DNA from: Candidatus Altiarchaeota archaeon
Lineage (GTDB): Archaea; Altiarchaeota; Altiarchaeia; IMC4; SCGC-AAA252-I15
DNA length: 55,978 nt
Reading direction: 5' to 3'
NCBI GenBank assembly: GCA_043800705.1
Contig: JAZDMS010000043.1
Location: 1 to 55,978 of the forward strand
The notes under the pieces are model-generated. The model worked only from the letters and a program-made list of their open reading frames with translations. It made no database searches and had not been told where the DNA came from. Both the position numbers and the translations under genes were made by a program. Shown one piece after another: positions 46,892 through 55,978 of the stretch; positions within the stretch are counted from its first letter, which is position 1, and the number at the start of each line of letters is the position of its first letter.

Positions 46892-47530
46892 ATGGCTAAG
46901 GTCCTTGTGGACGTCCTGAAGGAGGGCACACGTGTCGACGCCGTCGTGGACGGCGTATGGGTCTCGAAGGCCATCTGCTCCGCGGTCGTGCTTCTGAGGA
47001 CCGCAGGTCACAGTGTCGTCGTCGACCCCGGAGCCATGGGCTACGCCGATGAAGTCCTCAGGCAGCTGAAGGAGAAGGGCGTGGAGCCCGGGGACGTCGA
47101 CATCGTCGTCAACACCCACCTTCACCTCGACCACACATACAACAACTACCTCTTCTCCAATGCGGTGATATACACTCCCACCTCCATCTGGCACATCGAT
47201 AAAGGGAACAAGGTGGAGATGTTCTCCCACATGACCGACCCCCATGTTCCTGGAATCACCTTCCTCGCCACCCCCGGCCACATGGACAAGCACATCTCGG
47301 TCCTGGCGAAGACGGACCGGGGGAGGATCGTCATAGCAGGCGATGCGATCAGGCAGGAGCTGATCGAATCGGGGAAGAAGCCGGACAGGTACCAGAATCC
47401 GGACATGTATGTCGCATCCATGCGCAGGATTTTCGAAGTCGCCGACGTGATAGTCCCGGGCCACGGCCCGGTCATCAAGGGGGAAAGGCTGAAGGCGCTG
47501 AAGAAGAAGCTCGACTCCTTCAAGGATTAG
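46892..47530 (+). CDS. MBL-fold hydrolase (MBLAC1-like)
   Basis: VVDPG, THLHLDH, TPGH, AGDA, PGHG. Confidence 0.88.
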   Translation: MAKVLVDVLKEGTRVDAVVDGVWVSKAICSAVVLLRTAGHSVVVDPGAMGYADEVLRQLKEKGVEPGDVDIVVNTHLHLDHTYNNYLFSNAVIYTPTSIWHIDKGNKVEMFSHMTDPHVPGITFLATPGHMDKHISVLAKTDRGRIVIAGDAIRQELIESGKKPDRYQNPDMYVASMRRIFEVADVIVPGHGPVIKGERLKALKKKLDSFKD

Positions 47531-48717
47531 ACCTTTATCACATACTGCGGCACGAGCTTCGCGGCGATGTCCGCCAGGCCCACATCCAAGAGGCGCATGA
47601 GGACCGAGCGTCCGCGGTATTCGAAGGCGAGTTCGTTGGTGTCCGATACGACCTGTATGCCCATGTCATCCTGCATCTGGACTTCGAAGTACCTGATGCC
47701 CTCCACGGTTATCACCTTGCTGACCCCGAGGATCTCGGGGAACGTCTGGCCGCCGCCGTGGGGCACGATGTCGGCTTTCAGGAGCCTGTCGTATACTCCG
47801 AGCTTCCTGGCCCTCTTCTCGAAGCCGAGCCTCTCTATCGCATCGGGGGAGAGGCTGTGTCTGCCCCTGACGAGGTATGCCGGCAGGTCTCCCCTCAGGG
47901 TCAGCGGATATATGCCGCCTTCCTCGATGTGGTGGCATCCGAGGACGACTTCGTTGGGGTTCACCATTCCCTGGTGGCAGTTGTTCGCTATCTCCTCGTG
48001 TTCGCCGAACAGGAGTTTGGCTACGAGGCTCCTCTTCTTCTTCGTGAACTCGTCGACCATCATGAACTTCTCATGATAAGCCCTGGCGTCCGCCCCGGTC
48101 AGGTAGAGGGTCTTGCCGAACGGGCCGTCCGACTCCTTTGCCATCTCCCTGAGGGCATCGCTCTTGTCATGGTATAGGCCGAAACCAGTCGCATTGTCCC
48201 CCTTGAATTCCGGCGCGGACCCGTGGATTATGAACGCGTAAGGCGGCAGGTCGATGCCCCCCTCAGCAGGCTCGACCTTGAGGACGTCGATGAAGTGGTT
48301 GCTCTGATTGAAGTTCCAGGCGACCTCCACTCCCCCTATGTCATGTCTCTCGTTCTTGAGCTCATGCATCCTCTTGACGACGGCCATGATGTCTGGAAGC
48401 TCGTCTAATCCTCCGACGAGCATGCCGCAGCCGTTCGGCTTGACGTCGAGGACTACGAGGCCGTCGTCTCCGCCGCCCCATGTGACCTTTCCGCCGTAGC
48501 CGAAGCCGCTCCTCCATCTGACGGAGTTGCGGCTCACGGTCATGTCGGGCGTGGAGATGAATGTCGCGTCTGGCTTCAGCCCAAGGCTCTCCTGGAGGTG
48601 GTGTATCTGCGCGATGCCGTAGGGGATGTTGGCTTTGCAAAGCTGCGAGCCGCTGTCGTTGGCCTCCGTGAAGAAGCAGTGTTCGGCTCCTCTATCCAGC
48701 GACTCTTTCTTGTCCAT
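47527..48717 (-). CDS. divergent RtcB-family protein
   Basis: TPD, DVKPNGCGM, SNHFIDV, IHGS, CHQ, PHGGG and terminal VIK parallel the RtcB catalytic motifs. Confidence 0.75.
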   Translation of the reverse strand: MDKKESLDRGAEHCFFTEANDSGSQLCKANIPYGIAQIHHLQESLGLKPDATFISTPDMTVSRNSVRWRSGFGYGGKVTWGGGDDGLVVLDVKPNGCGMLVGGLDELPDIMAVVKRMHELKNERHDIGGVEVAWNFNQSNHFIDVLKVEPAEGGIDLPPYAFIIHGSAPEFKGDNATGFGLYHDKSDALREMAKESDGPFGKTLYLTGADARAYHEKFMMVDEFTKKKRSLVAKLLFGEHEEIANNCHQGMVNPNEVVLGCHHIEEGGIYPLTLRGDLPAYLVRGRHSLSPDAIERLGFEKRARKLGVYDRLLKADIVPHGGGQTFPEILGVSKVITVEGIRYFEVQMQDDMGIQVVSDTNELAFEYRGRSVLMRLLDVGLADIAAKLVPQYVIKV

Positions 48718-48785
48718 CGGGCTGCCTCAGGAGAATATTATACTCGGCGATATAAGTATCCCCCCAGCCAGGCGAGGGCTTCGGC

Positions 48786-49636
48786 CTAGTTATTCCCGCG
48801 CAGAGTCGGCCTATTCGCAGGAGCATGTCCCTCTATCGAATCCGGCGGCAGCGTATGCATCGGCTGCGGCCTGTCCCGGACCTTGTCCCGTATCTGTTTC
48901 GCATAGCCTGATGCCTTGTGGCCTTCGCCCCACATCTCGATGGCATCATCCAGGGCCCTCGTCACTTCGGCTGGCCTTCTCTTCCCCTGGGCGAATAGGG
49001 CTATGGAAGCGCCTTTCACCGTCTCCTGCCCTTCGTCGTTCAGCGCGAACGAAGTGCGCTCAGGTACGGTGCGAGCGCCTCCAGCCTGCTGCCGAGCATC
49101 CTCGAGCCTGCCAGATTGTAAAAATATGCGGCCGCCCCTCTTCTGATCCCGGGTTCGCTGTCTTTCAGCAGGCTTAGCATCCCGTCGAGCAGGGCATCAG
49201 GATACCTCTCCTGATATGTCCTGTCCAATTCCGGCAATCGGCTTCCCGCATGCTCCCGTATCCTGTCATATCCTATGAATGTGGGGTCTGCGACGTCCAT
49301 GTCCCTCAGGACCGCGTGGCTCGTCTTACCCGTCAAACTCCCTAACGTCTCTACCACGCCGTCTTTGCTGCAAAGCATCTGGGTGTCCGCGACCAATGCT
49401 TCCAAGGCGATGTCTCTGACCCTTTTCCCTGCATTCCCATGCGAGTCCAAGGCTATGTCCCTGTCGTTCAGCCTATCGAGGAGCGCCAGCCTGACATCGA
49501 CGGAAAGACCGTCGGATTCGGCGATTTTTACGGCCTTTTGAGCGCTTTCAGCCCTTTTAGGAGGTTCTTTCGACCCAAGGCCTGCCAATATCTCATCCAA
49601 TCTGTCTTGGGGCATATGATAAAATGAGGCATCCAT
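48786..49636 (-). CDS. HEAT-repeat-like protein split by a frameshift near 49060
   Basis: LLDRLND and LLKDSEPGIRRGAA repeats; alternative frame TSFALNDEGQETVKGAS joins ORF 48786-49019. Confidence 0.6.
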
Positions 49637-49652
49637 CGGTAAAAAACCAGGA

Positions 49653-51422
49653 TTATTCTACTGTCACGCTCTTCGCAAGATTTCTCGGCTTGTCCGGGTC
49701 GAGTCCCTTCAGTACGCTGATGTAGTATGCGAACAGGTGGAGGGGGACGATGTCGAGTATGGGGGAGAATATCGGCTCGGTCTGGGGTATCCTGATGTCA
49801 CCCGCTGAGCCTACCCTTATCACCCTGGCGCCCCGCGCCTTGATCTCCATGACGTTGCTTTCCAGTTTGGGGGCCAGCTCGTCGTCGGGGACGATGGCCA
49901 TCACGGTGACGTCCTCGTTCATGAGCGCGAGCGGGCCGTGCTTCAGCTCCCCTGCGGCGTAGCCTTCCGCGTGGACATAGCTTATCTCCTTCAGCTTCAG
50001 AGCGCCCTCCAGGGCGGTCGGATAATTCTCCCTGCGTCCGACGAAGAAGAAGGTCTGCGTGTTCGCCTCCGCCTCGGCCAGGCCCCTGATGGAGTTCGCG
50101 TCGAGGATGTGCTGCACCTTCTGTCCCATCCCGTCCAGTTCATGGAAGAGCCTGGCGAGCTCCTTCTCTTCGAGCCTCATCGTCGCCTTGGCTGCGTAAA
50201 GGGCGAGTTCCCCCATGCACATGAGCTGGCCAACATACGCCTTCGTGGATGCGACCGCTATCTCGGGGCCGGAGTGGGTGTATGCGACGTCGTCTGCGAG
50301 TCTCGTGATGCTGGAGCCCAGCACGTTCACGACCGCCGCCACATAAGCTCCCCTCTTGCGGGCCTCCTTCATCGCCGCGATGGTGTCCGCAGTCTCACCT
50401 GACTGGGATATGGCGAGGACGCCGCATCCTTCGTCGAGCGTTTGGACCGTCGAATACCTGAACTCGGAGGCGACCGCCGCCTCGGCGCTGAGGCCGAAAT
50501 GCTCCATGAGGTATTTCCCGTAGAGGCCCGCGTGGTATGCGGTCCCGCAGGCGACGAAATACACCCTCCTGCACTTCGTCAGCTTGTCCGCTATCTTCCT
50601 GAGGCCTTCCGTGTCCTTGAGCGCGTTCTGGCAGGCTTTGGGCTCCTCGTGTATCTCCTTTAGCATGAAGTGGTGGTAGCCGGCCCTCTCTGCCTCCTTG
50701 AAGTCCCAGGTCAGCTCCTGATACTGCTTTTTGAGCTTTTTCCCGGTCTTCAGGTCGTAGAATTCCGCATTGTCCCTCGTCACGAGGCCGTATTCGAAGT
50801 CTTCGAGTATGATGGCCTTCTTCGTCTGAGCCAGGAAGGCGGGCGCATCCGACGCTATGTAGTTCTCTCCCTCTCCGAGGCCTATCAGCAGGGGGCTTTC
50901 GTTCCTGGCAACGGCTATCCTGTCCGGCTCCTTTGCCGATAGGACCGTGATGGCGTAGCTGCCCTTGAGCTTGGCAAGCGTCCTGGCGAGGGCCTGCAGT
51001 ATGTCTCCGTCGTATTGCTCCTCGATGAGGTGCGCTATCACTTCGGTGTCTGTCTCGCTTCTGAACGTGTGGCCGTGCTCTATCAGCTCGGCCTTCAGCT
51101 CCAGGTAGTTCTCTATTATGCCGTTGTGGCATACGACGAAGTCGCCAGTGCAGTCCGGGTGGGGGTGGGCGTTCAGCTTCGAGGGGGCCCCGTGAGTCGC
51201 CCAACGGGTGTGGCCGACGCCTATGGTGCTGTGCAGGCCTTCAGGCTTCAGCTTTGCCCTGACTTCGTCGACCTTCCCCTTGTCCTTCGGGACCTCTATC
51301 CTGCCGTCCGTTATGTATGCTATTCCCGCCGAGTCGTAGCCCCTGTACTCCAGCCTCTTGAGCATGTCGAAAAGCACGACCGGGGCGTTCTTCCCTCCGA
51401 TGTATCCCGCTATCCCGCACAT
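49653..51422 (-). CDS. glmS: glutamine--fructose-6-phosphate aminotransferase
   Basis: MCGIAG, GHTRWATHG, SQSGETADT, ELKHGP, PRNLAKSVTVE. Confidence 0.98.
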   Translation of the reverse strand: MCGIAGYIGGKNAPVVLFDMLKRLEYRGYDSAGIAYITDGRIEVPKDKGKVDEVRAKLKPEGLHSTIGVGHTRWATHGAPSKLNAHPHPDCTGDFVVCHNGIIENYLELKAELIEHGHTFRSETDTEVIAHLIEEQYDGDILQALARTLAKLKGSYAITVLSAKEPDRIAVARNESPLLIGLGEGENYIASDAPAFLAQTKKAIILEDFEYGLVTRDNAEFYDLKTGKKLKKQYQELTWDFKEAERAGYHHFMLKEIHEEPKACQNALKDTEGLRKIADKLTKCRRVYFVACGTAYHAGLYGKYLMEHFGLSAEAAVASEFRYSTVQTLDEGCGVLAISQSGETADTIAAMKEARKRGAYVAAVVNVLGSSITRLADDVAYTHSGPEIAVASTKAYVGQLMCMGELALYAAKATMRLEEKELARLFHELDGMGQKVQHILDANSIRGLAEAEANTQTFFFVGRRENYPTALEGALKLKEISYVHAEGYAAGELKHGPLALMNEDVTVMAIVPDDELAPKLESNVMEIKARGARVIRVGSAGDIRIPQTEPIFSPILDIVPLHLFAYYISVLKGLDPDKPRNLAKSVTVE

Positions 51423-51591
51423 TTTTTCTAGGATTATCTCTTTCCTCTATTCCCTTCCCTGCCATAAAAATCACGAGGTATCAGAATATATACCCTATTT
51501 TCTCTGCGGCTGCGGACGGAGATAGCTCGAGGGCGGCTTCATCGTCTTGCGGCCGATTCCCCCGTCGTTTTTAAGATTGGCTTCAATATAG

Positions 51592-52659
51592 TTGAGGATT
51601 GGTATCGTGAACGAGAAATATCGCGGCTGTTGGACCGCGCTTGTCACCCCGTTCCATCCTGACAACTCCGTGAACTGGGAGGAGTACGAGAGGAACGTCG
51701 GTTTCCAGGTCGAAGAGGGGCTGACCGGTGTCCTGCCGATGGGCACCACCGGCGAGTCGCCTTCGGTGACTCATCAGGAGCATGCCAAGATAATCTCGAG
51801 CGCCGTCGAATACGTCGGCGGCAGGTGCGCGGTGCTTGCCGGCACCGGCTCCAACAGCACGGACGAGGCGCTGTTCGAGACCGGGCGCGCGGTCGAGGCC
51901 GGGGTCGACTGCTGCCTCCTCGTCGACTGCTACTATAACAAGCCCTCCTCGCTGGAGCTGCGGAACGAGTACTACGGGCCGATACTGTCGGAGTTCCCGG
52001 ATATGGATTTCATAACGTATTCTATCCCGGGAAGGACGAACACCGTCCTCACTCCCGAAGACATAGCAATGATACGGTCCAAGCACAGGAACCTCGTGGC
52101 TGTGAAGGAGGCTTCCGGCGACTTCGAGAGGATGAGGCGGATCCGCAGCATCCTTCCCAAGGACTTCAACATACTCTCCGGAGACGACCCCAACACCTAT
52201 GCGATGATGACAGATAAGACCATCGGCGCCGCAGGGGTCATATCCGTCATCAGCAACATCACGCCCGGGCCGATAGAGCGGTACACGCGATTGATTCTGG
52301 AAGGGAAAGCAGACAAGGCGAAGGCGATAGACGATGCCCTGATGCCGCTCTTCAAGGTCGTCATGGTATCCTGCACGGAGGAGGTATGCCTGCAAGGGGG
52401 GGAGAGATGCAGGGTCACCTACAAGTTCCCGAACCCGGTGCCGATAAAGACGATGATGGCAGGCCTTGGGATGATAACCGGCTCTACCAAGAGGCCGCTT
52501 GGCAGGCTCACTAGGCAGGGGGTCGCTCAGGTGAGGGACGCGCTCAGGACGGTCTGGGCGAAGGACCCGAAACTCCTCGAACCCGTGGCGAAGTACTACG
52601 ACGTAGACATAACCAAGCGCCTGAAGGACGACAATATCTGGGAGAAGCTCAGCTATTGA
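51592..52659 (+). CDS. dapA: 4-hydroxy-tetrahydrodipicolinate synthase
   Basis: TALVTPF, GTTGES, GTGSNST, YYNKPS, KEASG, SGDD, NPVPIK. Confidence 0.93.
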   Translation: MRIGIVNEKYRGCWTALVTPFHPDNSVNWEEYERNVGFQVEEGLTGVLPMGTTGESPSVTHQEHAKIISSAVEYVGGRCAVLAGTGSNSTDEALFETGRAVEAGVDCCLLVDCYYNKPSSLELRNEYYGPILSEFPDMDFITYSIPGRTNTVLTPEDIAMIRSKHRNLVAVKEASGDFERMRRIRSILPKDFNILSGDDPNTYAMMTDKTIGAAGVISVISNITPGPIERYTRLILEGKADKAKAIDDALMPLFKVVMVSCTEEVCLQGGERCRVTYKFPNPVPIKTMMAGLGMITGSTKRPLGRLTRQGVAQVRDALRTVWAKDPKLLEPVAKYYDVDITKRLKDDNIWEKLSY

Positions 52660-52680
52660 GCCTGTGAAAGACAGCCAAAT

Positions 52681-53274
52681 CTAGCGTGAAACCGTCTCCA
52701 ATGCATGGGCCACTGCACCGGACATAAGCGTCATCCTGCCCTTTGAGACCTGGATGTTCATAAGCCTGGGACCGTCCGAAAGATATGGGGACCCGTATGC
52801 GTATCTGACAAGCGGTGCGATGCCTGAGACGACCCTGCTGTATGTGCGTGCGCCGGCGGGCGGGTCTTCGCCGAAATAAAGCGAGTGGAGCTGGGTCTCG
52901 GATGTCATGAGGAGGATTCGGAGGGGCGCTCCTTCGGCCTTGCATTCAGCCTCTATCCGTGCAAGCTCCTCGTCGGACATCTGCGGCATATCGTTTGCGG
53001 ACTCGAAACCGTATTTGACGGATTCGATGATTTCGCACAGTTGAAGCGTCGTCTTTGCGGACTCGGCCCCATCGTCGAAGTCGATATCGTCCTTGAGCCT
53101 CTGCCAGTGGGTCTTGCATTCGGCTACCGTACGTAGTTGCTGGCCACAGAAGAGGTTGGCGAGGAAGAGAGGTGCTGGTCTCGCATCGACGGTGCCCGAT
53201 TCCTCGGCCAGGCGCAGCTTCGTCCAAGTGAGTGAAAAGAGCTTCTTCAGGCCTTTCCGGGCATATACATCCAT
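52681..53274 (-). CDS. hypothetical protein
   Basis: Open frame divergent from infB; no motif recognised. Confidence 0.5.
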   Translation of the reverse strand: MDVYARKGLKKLFSLTWTKLRLAEESGTVDARPAPLFLANLFCGQQLRTVAECKTHWQRLKDDIDFDDGAESAKTTLQLCEIIESVKYGFESANDMPQMSDEELARIEAECKAEGAPLRILLMTSETQLHSLYFGEDPPAGARTYSRVVSGIAPLVRYAYGSPYLSDGPRLMNIQVSKGRMTLMSGAVAHALETVSR

Positions 53275-53311
53275 CGATACCTTTTTACCGTCTTCTGCCT
53301 TATATAAGAGC

Positions 53312-55039
53312 ATGTCCGACCATACCCGTGAGCCCATCATCAGCGTCCTCGGCCACGTAGACCACGGGAAGACGACGCTTCTGGACTACATCAGAAGCAG
53401 CGTCGTCGCATCCCGTGAGGCGGGGGGGATAACGCAGCACATCGGAGCCACGGACGTCCCGTTCGAGGTCATACAGGAGCTGTGCGGCAGCCTCATCGAC
53501 AAGACCAAGATAACGATTCCGATAAGGGGCCTTCTGTTCATCGACACGCCCGGCCACGCCGCGTTCACGAACCTGAGAAAGAGGGGCGGGAGCGTCGCGG
53601 ACCTTGCGGTCCTAGTCGTGGACCTCAACGAGGGCCTGATGCCCCAGACCCTTGAATCCATCGAGATCCTGAAGCAGTACAAGACCCCATTCATAGTCGC
53701 AGCCAACAAAGTCGACATGATAATGGGCTGGCAGCCTGGGGTGAAGCTCAATGACCAACTCACCCACGTCCAGAAGGAGTTCTACGACAAGGTATACCGG
53801 CTCATAGGGGACCTCTCCACCCACGGCTTCGACTTCGACCTCTACACCAACATAACGGACTTCACGAAGGCAGTGGCAGTCATACCCGTCTCGGGAAAGA
53901 CGGGAGACGGGATCAAGGAGCTTCTGATGATGCTCATCGGACTGTCCCAGTCATTCCTGGTCAAACAGCTCACCGTTGGTTTGGATTCCCCCGCAAAGGG
54001 AACGATCCTCGAGGTCAAGGAGACCAAAGGCCTCGGGACGACGATCGACGCCATAATATATGACGGAACCATCCATGTCAACGACCCGATAGTCGTGGCG
54101 GCGCGGGAGCCGATCATGACCAAAGTCAAGGCCCTGCTTCGGCCGAGGCCGCTTGACGAGATGCGGGACCCGAAGAAGCAGTTCAAGAGCGTCAGGAGCG
54201 TCTATGCCGCCTCAGGGGTGAAGATAGTCGCCCCCCGGCTGGAGAACGCCATGCCCGGCGGCCCCATATACGTCGGCGGCGCTGAGATGGTCGACAAGAT
54301 GAAGACCGAGATAGGGGAGGTAGAATTCGCCAGGGACGACCTCGGCGTGATAGTGAAGGCCGACACTCTCGGCTCCCTTGAGGCGATGGTGAATATACTC
54401 GAAGGGGAAGGCATTCCCGTCAGGAAGGGGAGTATCGGGAAGATATCTAAGCAGGATGTCATGGAGGCGTCCGCCGTGTCCAAGGAGAACAAGCTGCTTG
54501 GCGTCATCCTCGCGTTCAACGCAGCCACGCTGCCCGACGCAGAGACCATGGCGCAGGACTGCAACACTCCGATAATAGCCAGCGAAATAATCTACACGCT
54601 CGTAGACGACTACACGGAATGGGTCGCCAAGACGAGGGATGCGGACCGGAAAGAGCTGGCAAAATGCGTCGCATCCCCCTGCAAGATAAGGCTCCTGCCC
54701 GGCCACACCTTCCGCCAGAGCAAGCCCGCCATAGCGGGCGTGGAGGTTAAGGCCGGGACGCTGCACTCCGGATGCAGGCTAATGCGGCAGGACGGGAAGG
54801 TTGTGGGCAGCATAAGGGGGATACAGTCCGGGGGGGAGAAGATAGACGAGGCCAAAGCCGGACAGCAGGTAGCGGTGTCGATGGACGATGTCGTGCTAGG
54901 GCGCCACATGAGCGAAGGAGACGTCCTCTACACGTTCCTCAGCAATGACGACGCAGCCAAACTGAAGGTGGAGGACCTCACAGACGACGAGAAGCAGGTG
55001 CTTAGGGAGATCAGGCAGATAAAGAAGGCGAACAACTGA
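53312..55039 (+). CDS. infB: translation initiation factor IF-2 (aIF5B)
   Basis: GHVDHGKTT, EAGGITQHIGA, DTPGH, NKVD, ADTLGSLEA. Confidence 0.97.
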   Translation: MSDHTREPIISVLGHVDHGKTTLLDYIRSSVVASREAGGITQHIGATDVPFEVIQELCGSLIDKTKITIPIRGLLFIDTPGHAAFTNLRKRGGSVADLAVLVVDLNEGLMPQTLESIEILKQYKTPFIVAANKVDMIMGWQPGVKLNDQLTHVQKEFYDKVYRLIGDLSTHGFDFDLYTNITDFTKAVAVIPVSGKTGDGIKELLMMLIGLSQSFLVKQLTVGLDSPAKGTILEVKETKGLGTTIDAIIYDGTIHVNDPIVVAAREPIMTKVKALLRPRPLDEMRDPKKQFKSVRSVYAASGVKIVAPRLENAMPGGPIYVGGAEMVDKMKTEIGEVEFARDDLGVIVKADTLGSLEAMVNILEGEGIPVRKGSIGKISKQDVMEASAVSKENKLLGVILAFNAATLPDAETMAQDCNTPIIASEIIYTLVDDYTEWVAKTRDADRKELAKCVASPCKIRLLPGHTFRQSKPAIAGVEVKAGTLHSGCRLMRQDGKVVGSIRGIQSGGEKIDEAKAGQQVAVSMDDVVLGRHMSEGDVLYTFLSNDDAAKLKVEDLTDDEKQVLREIRQIKKANN

Positions 55040-55040
55040 A

Positions 55041-55292
55041 ATGGAATATGACCTCGAACTCGAACGGGTGATGCTGGAGGTGCGAAGGACGGGAGCCAAA
55101 AGGGCGGGCCTCCAGTTCCCGGAAGGCCTCAAGGACCAGGCCCTTGATATCGCGGCATTGGTCGAATCATCCACGAAAGCCAAGGTGATAGTCCTTGCAG
55201 ACCCGACATACGGGGCCTGCGACCTGAAACGGGACATGCTCAAGAAGCTGGGCATCGACCTGCTGATCCATTTTGGCCACACGCGATTCTGA
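55041..55292 (+). CDS. short Dph1/Dph2-family protein (N-terminal domain only)
   Basis: LQFPEGLK, DPTYGACD, LIHFGH; only 83 aa. Confidence 0.8.
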   Translation: MEYDLELERVMLEVRRTGAKRAGLQFPEGLKDQALDIAALVESSTKAKVIVLADPTYGACDLKRDMLKKLGIDLLIHFGHTRF

Positions 55293-55297
55293 GACGT

Positions 55298-55978
55298 CTA
55301 CTTCTTGAACGGTATCGTGAACGTCATCGACGTGCCCTTCTTCAGCGCGCTTCTGACCGATATCGTGCCTCCGTGCAGTTCGACCAGCCTCTTGCAGATT
55401 GCGAGGCCGAGACCCGTGCCCTTGTATTTCCTCTGGATCGTGGAATCCACCTGGTAGAATCGCTGGAATATGTTCCCAAGCTCGTTCTTTTTTATGCCAA
55501 TCCCGTTGTCGGAGACGCTCACCGCCAGTTGGCCGTTTTTTTCGTGGGCGGACACATGTATCGTCCCCCCGTTGGGCGTGAATTTGAGGGAGTTGTCGAT
55601 CAGGTTCACGAGGACCTGTTTGATTCTGCTGCGGTCGGCGACGATCTTGGGCGTCGCTTTGGCTGCCGTGACGAGCCTTATATTCCTCTCCTTCGCCAAC
55701 TGCCTCATGTCGTCGACGACTTCCTCTATGAGGGGCTTCGGCATGAACCTGTTCCTGGCGAGCCTAAGCTCCCCTGCGTCGATCTTCGCCATGTCCAGGA
55801 TGTTGTTCACGAGCTCGTTCAGGTGTTCGGCGTTGCTGACGATTCTCTCGAGCTTGCCCCTTTGCTCCGAATTCAGCCCTCCGATGTTTTCCGACGCCAG
55901 TATGTCCGCGTAGCCCATGATTATCGAAAGCGGAGTCCGAAGCTCATGGGAGGCGACGGCAAGGAATTCGGTCTTCAT
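55298..55978 (-). CDS. sensor histidine kinase, C-terminal HisKA + HATPase (5' part outside the window)
   Basis: SHELRTPL, NLIDNSLKFT, DNGIG, GTGLGLAI. Confidence 0.95.
   Translation of the reverse strand: MKTEFLAVASHELRTPLSIIMGYADILASENIGGLNSEQRGKLERIVSNAEHLNELVNNILDMAKIDAGELRLARNRFMPKPLIEEVVDDMRQLAKERNIRLVTAAKATPKIVADRSRIKQVLVNLIDNSLKFTPNGGTIHVSAHEKNGQLAVSVSDNGIGIKKNELGNIFQRFYQVDSTIQRKYKGTGLGLAICKRLVELHGGTISVRSALKKGTSMTFTIPFKK

Noticed and set aside
51423-51591. glmS ribozyme upstream of glmS
   Set aside because: No recognisable ribozyme core; the region is a short divergent promoter interval

Overview
Archaeal chromosomal window. Evidence: aEF-1beta, uL16/L10e, L7Ae-S28e-L24e-ndk, S19e, FEN1, Cdc6/Orc1, NucS, Taw3, aIF5B and an A1:U72 tRNA-Gln. 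The gene style and the many Cys/Thr-rich secreted proteins suggest an Altiarchaeota/DPANN-like lineage (inference only). Most of 5.7-56 kb is GC-rich housekeeping DNA with orphan and surface-protein genes interspersed. The first 5.7 kb is a more AT-rich tRNA-anchored island and is the most unusual part. After tRNA-Gly(TCC), tRNA-Gln(TTG) and a truncated integrase-like gene there are eight further copies of the tRNA-Gln 3' end. These delimit small cassettes: three toxin-antitoxin pairs, one TMEM43-like gene, and ~87-nt non-coding hairpin units. The cassette ends carry conserved T-arm-like inverted motifs. A homologous hairpin unit follows tRNA-Gly, with its pairing arm matched to that tRNA. A similar 'fold-back plus 3'-end duplication' architecture occurs at the end of the DHQ synthase II gene. 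Other highlights: a 55-aa histone-fold gene missing from the ORF track, a divergent second RtcB with catalytic motifs intact, three secreted paralogues with a degenerate Zn-PLC/P1-like domain, an adhesin with an abrupt codon-skew flip, dispersed 7-bp repeats, and three probable single-base frameshifts. All calls come from reading the sequence; no searches were run.
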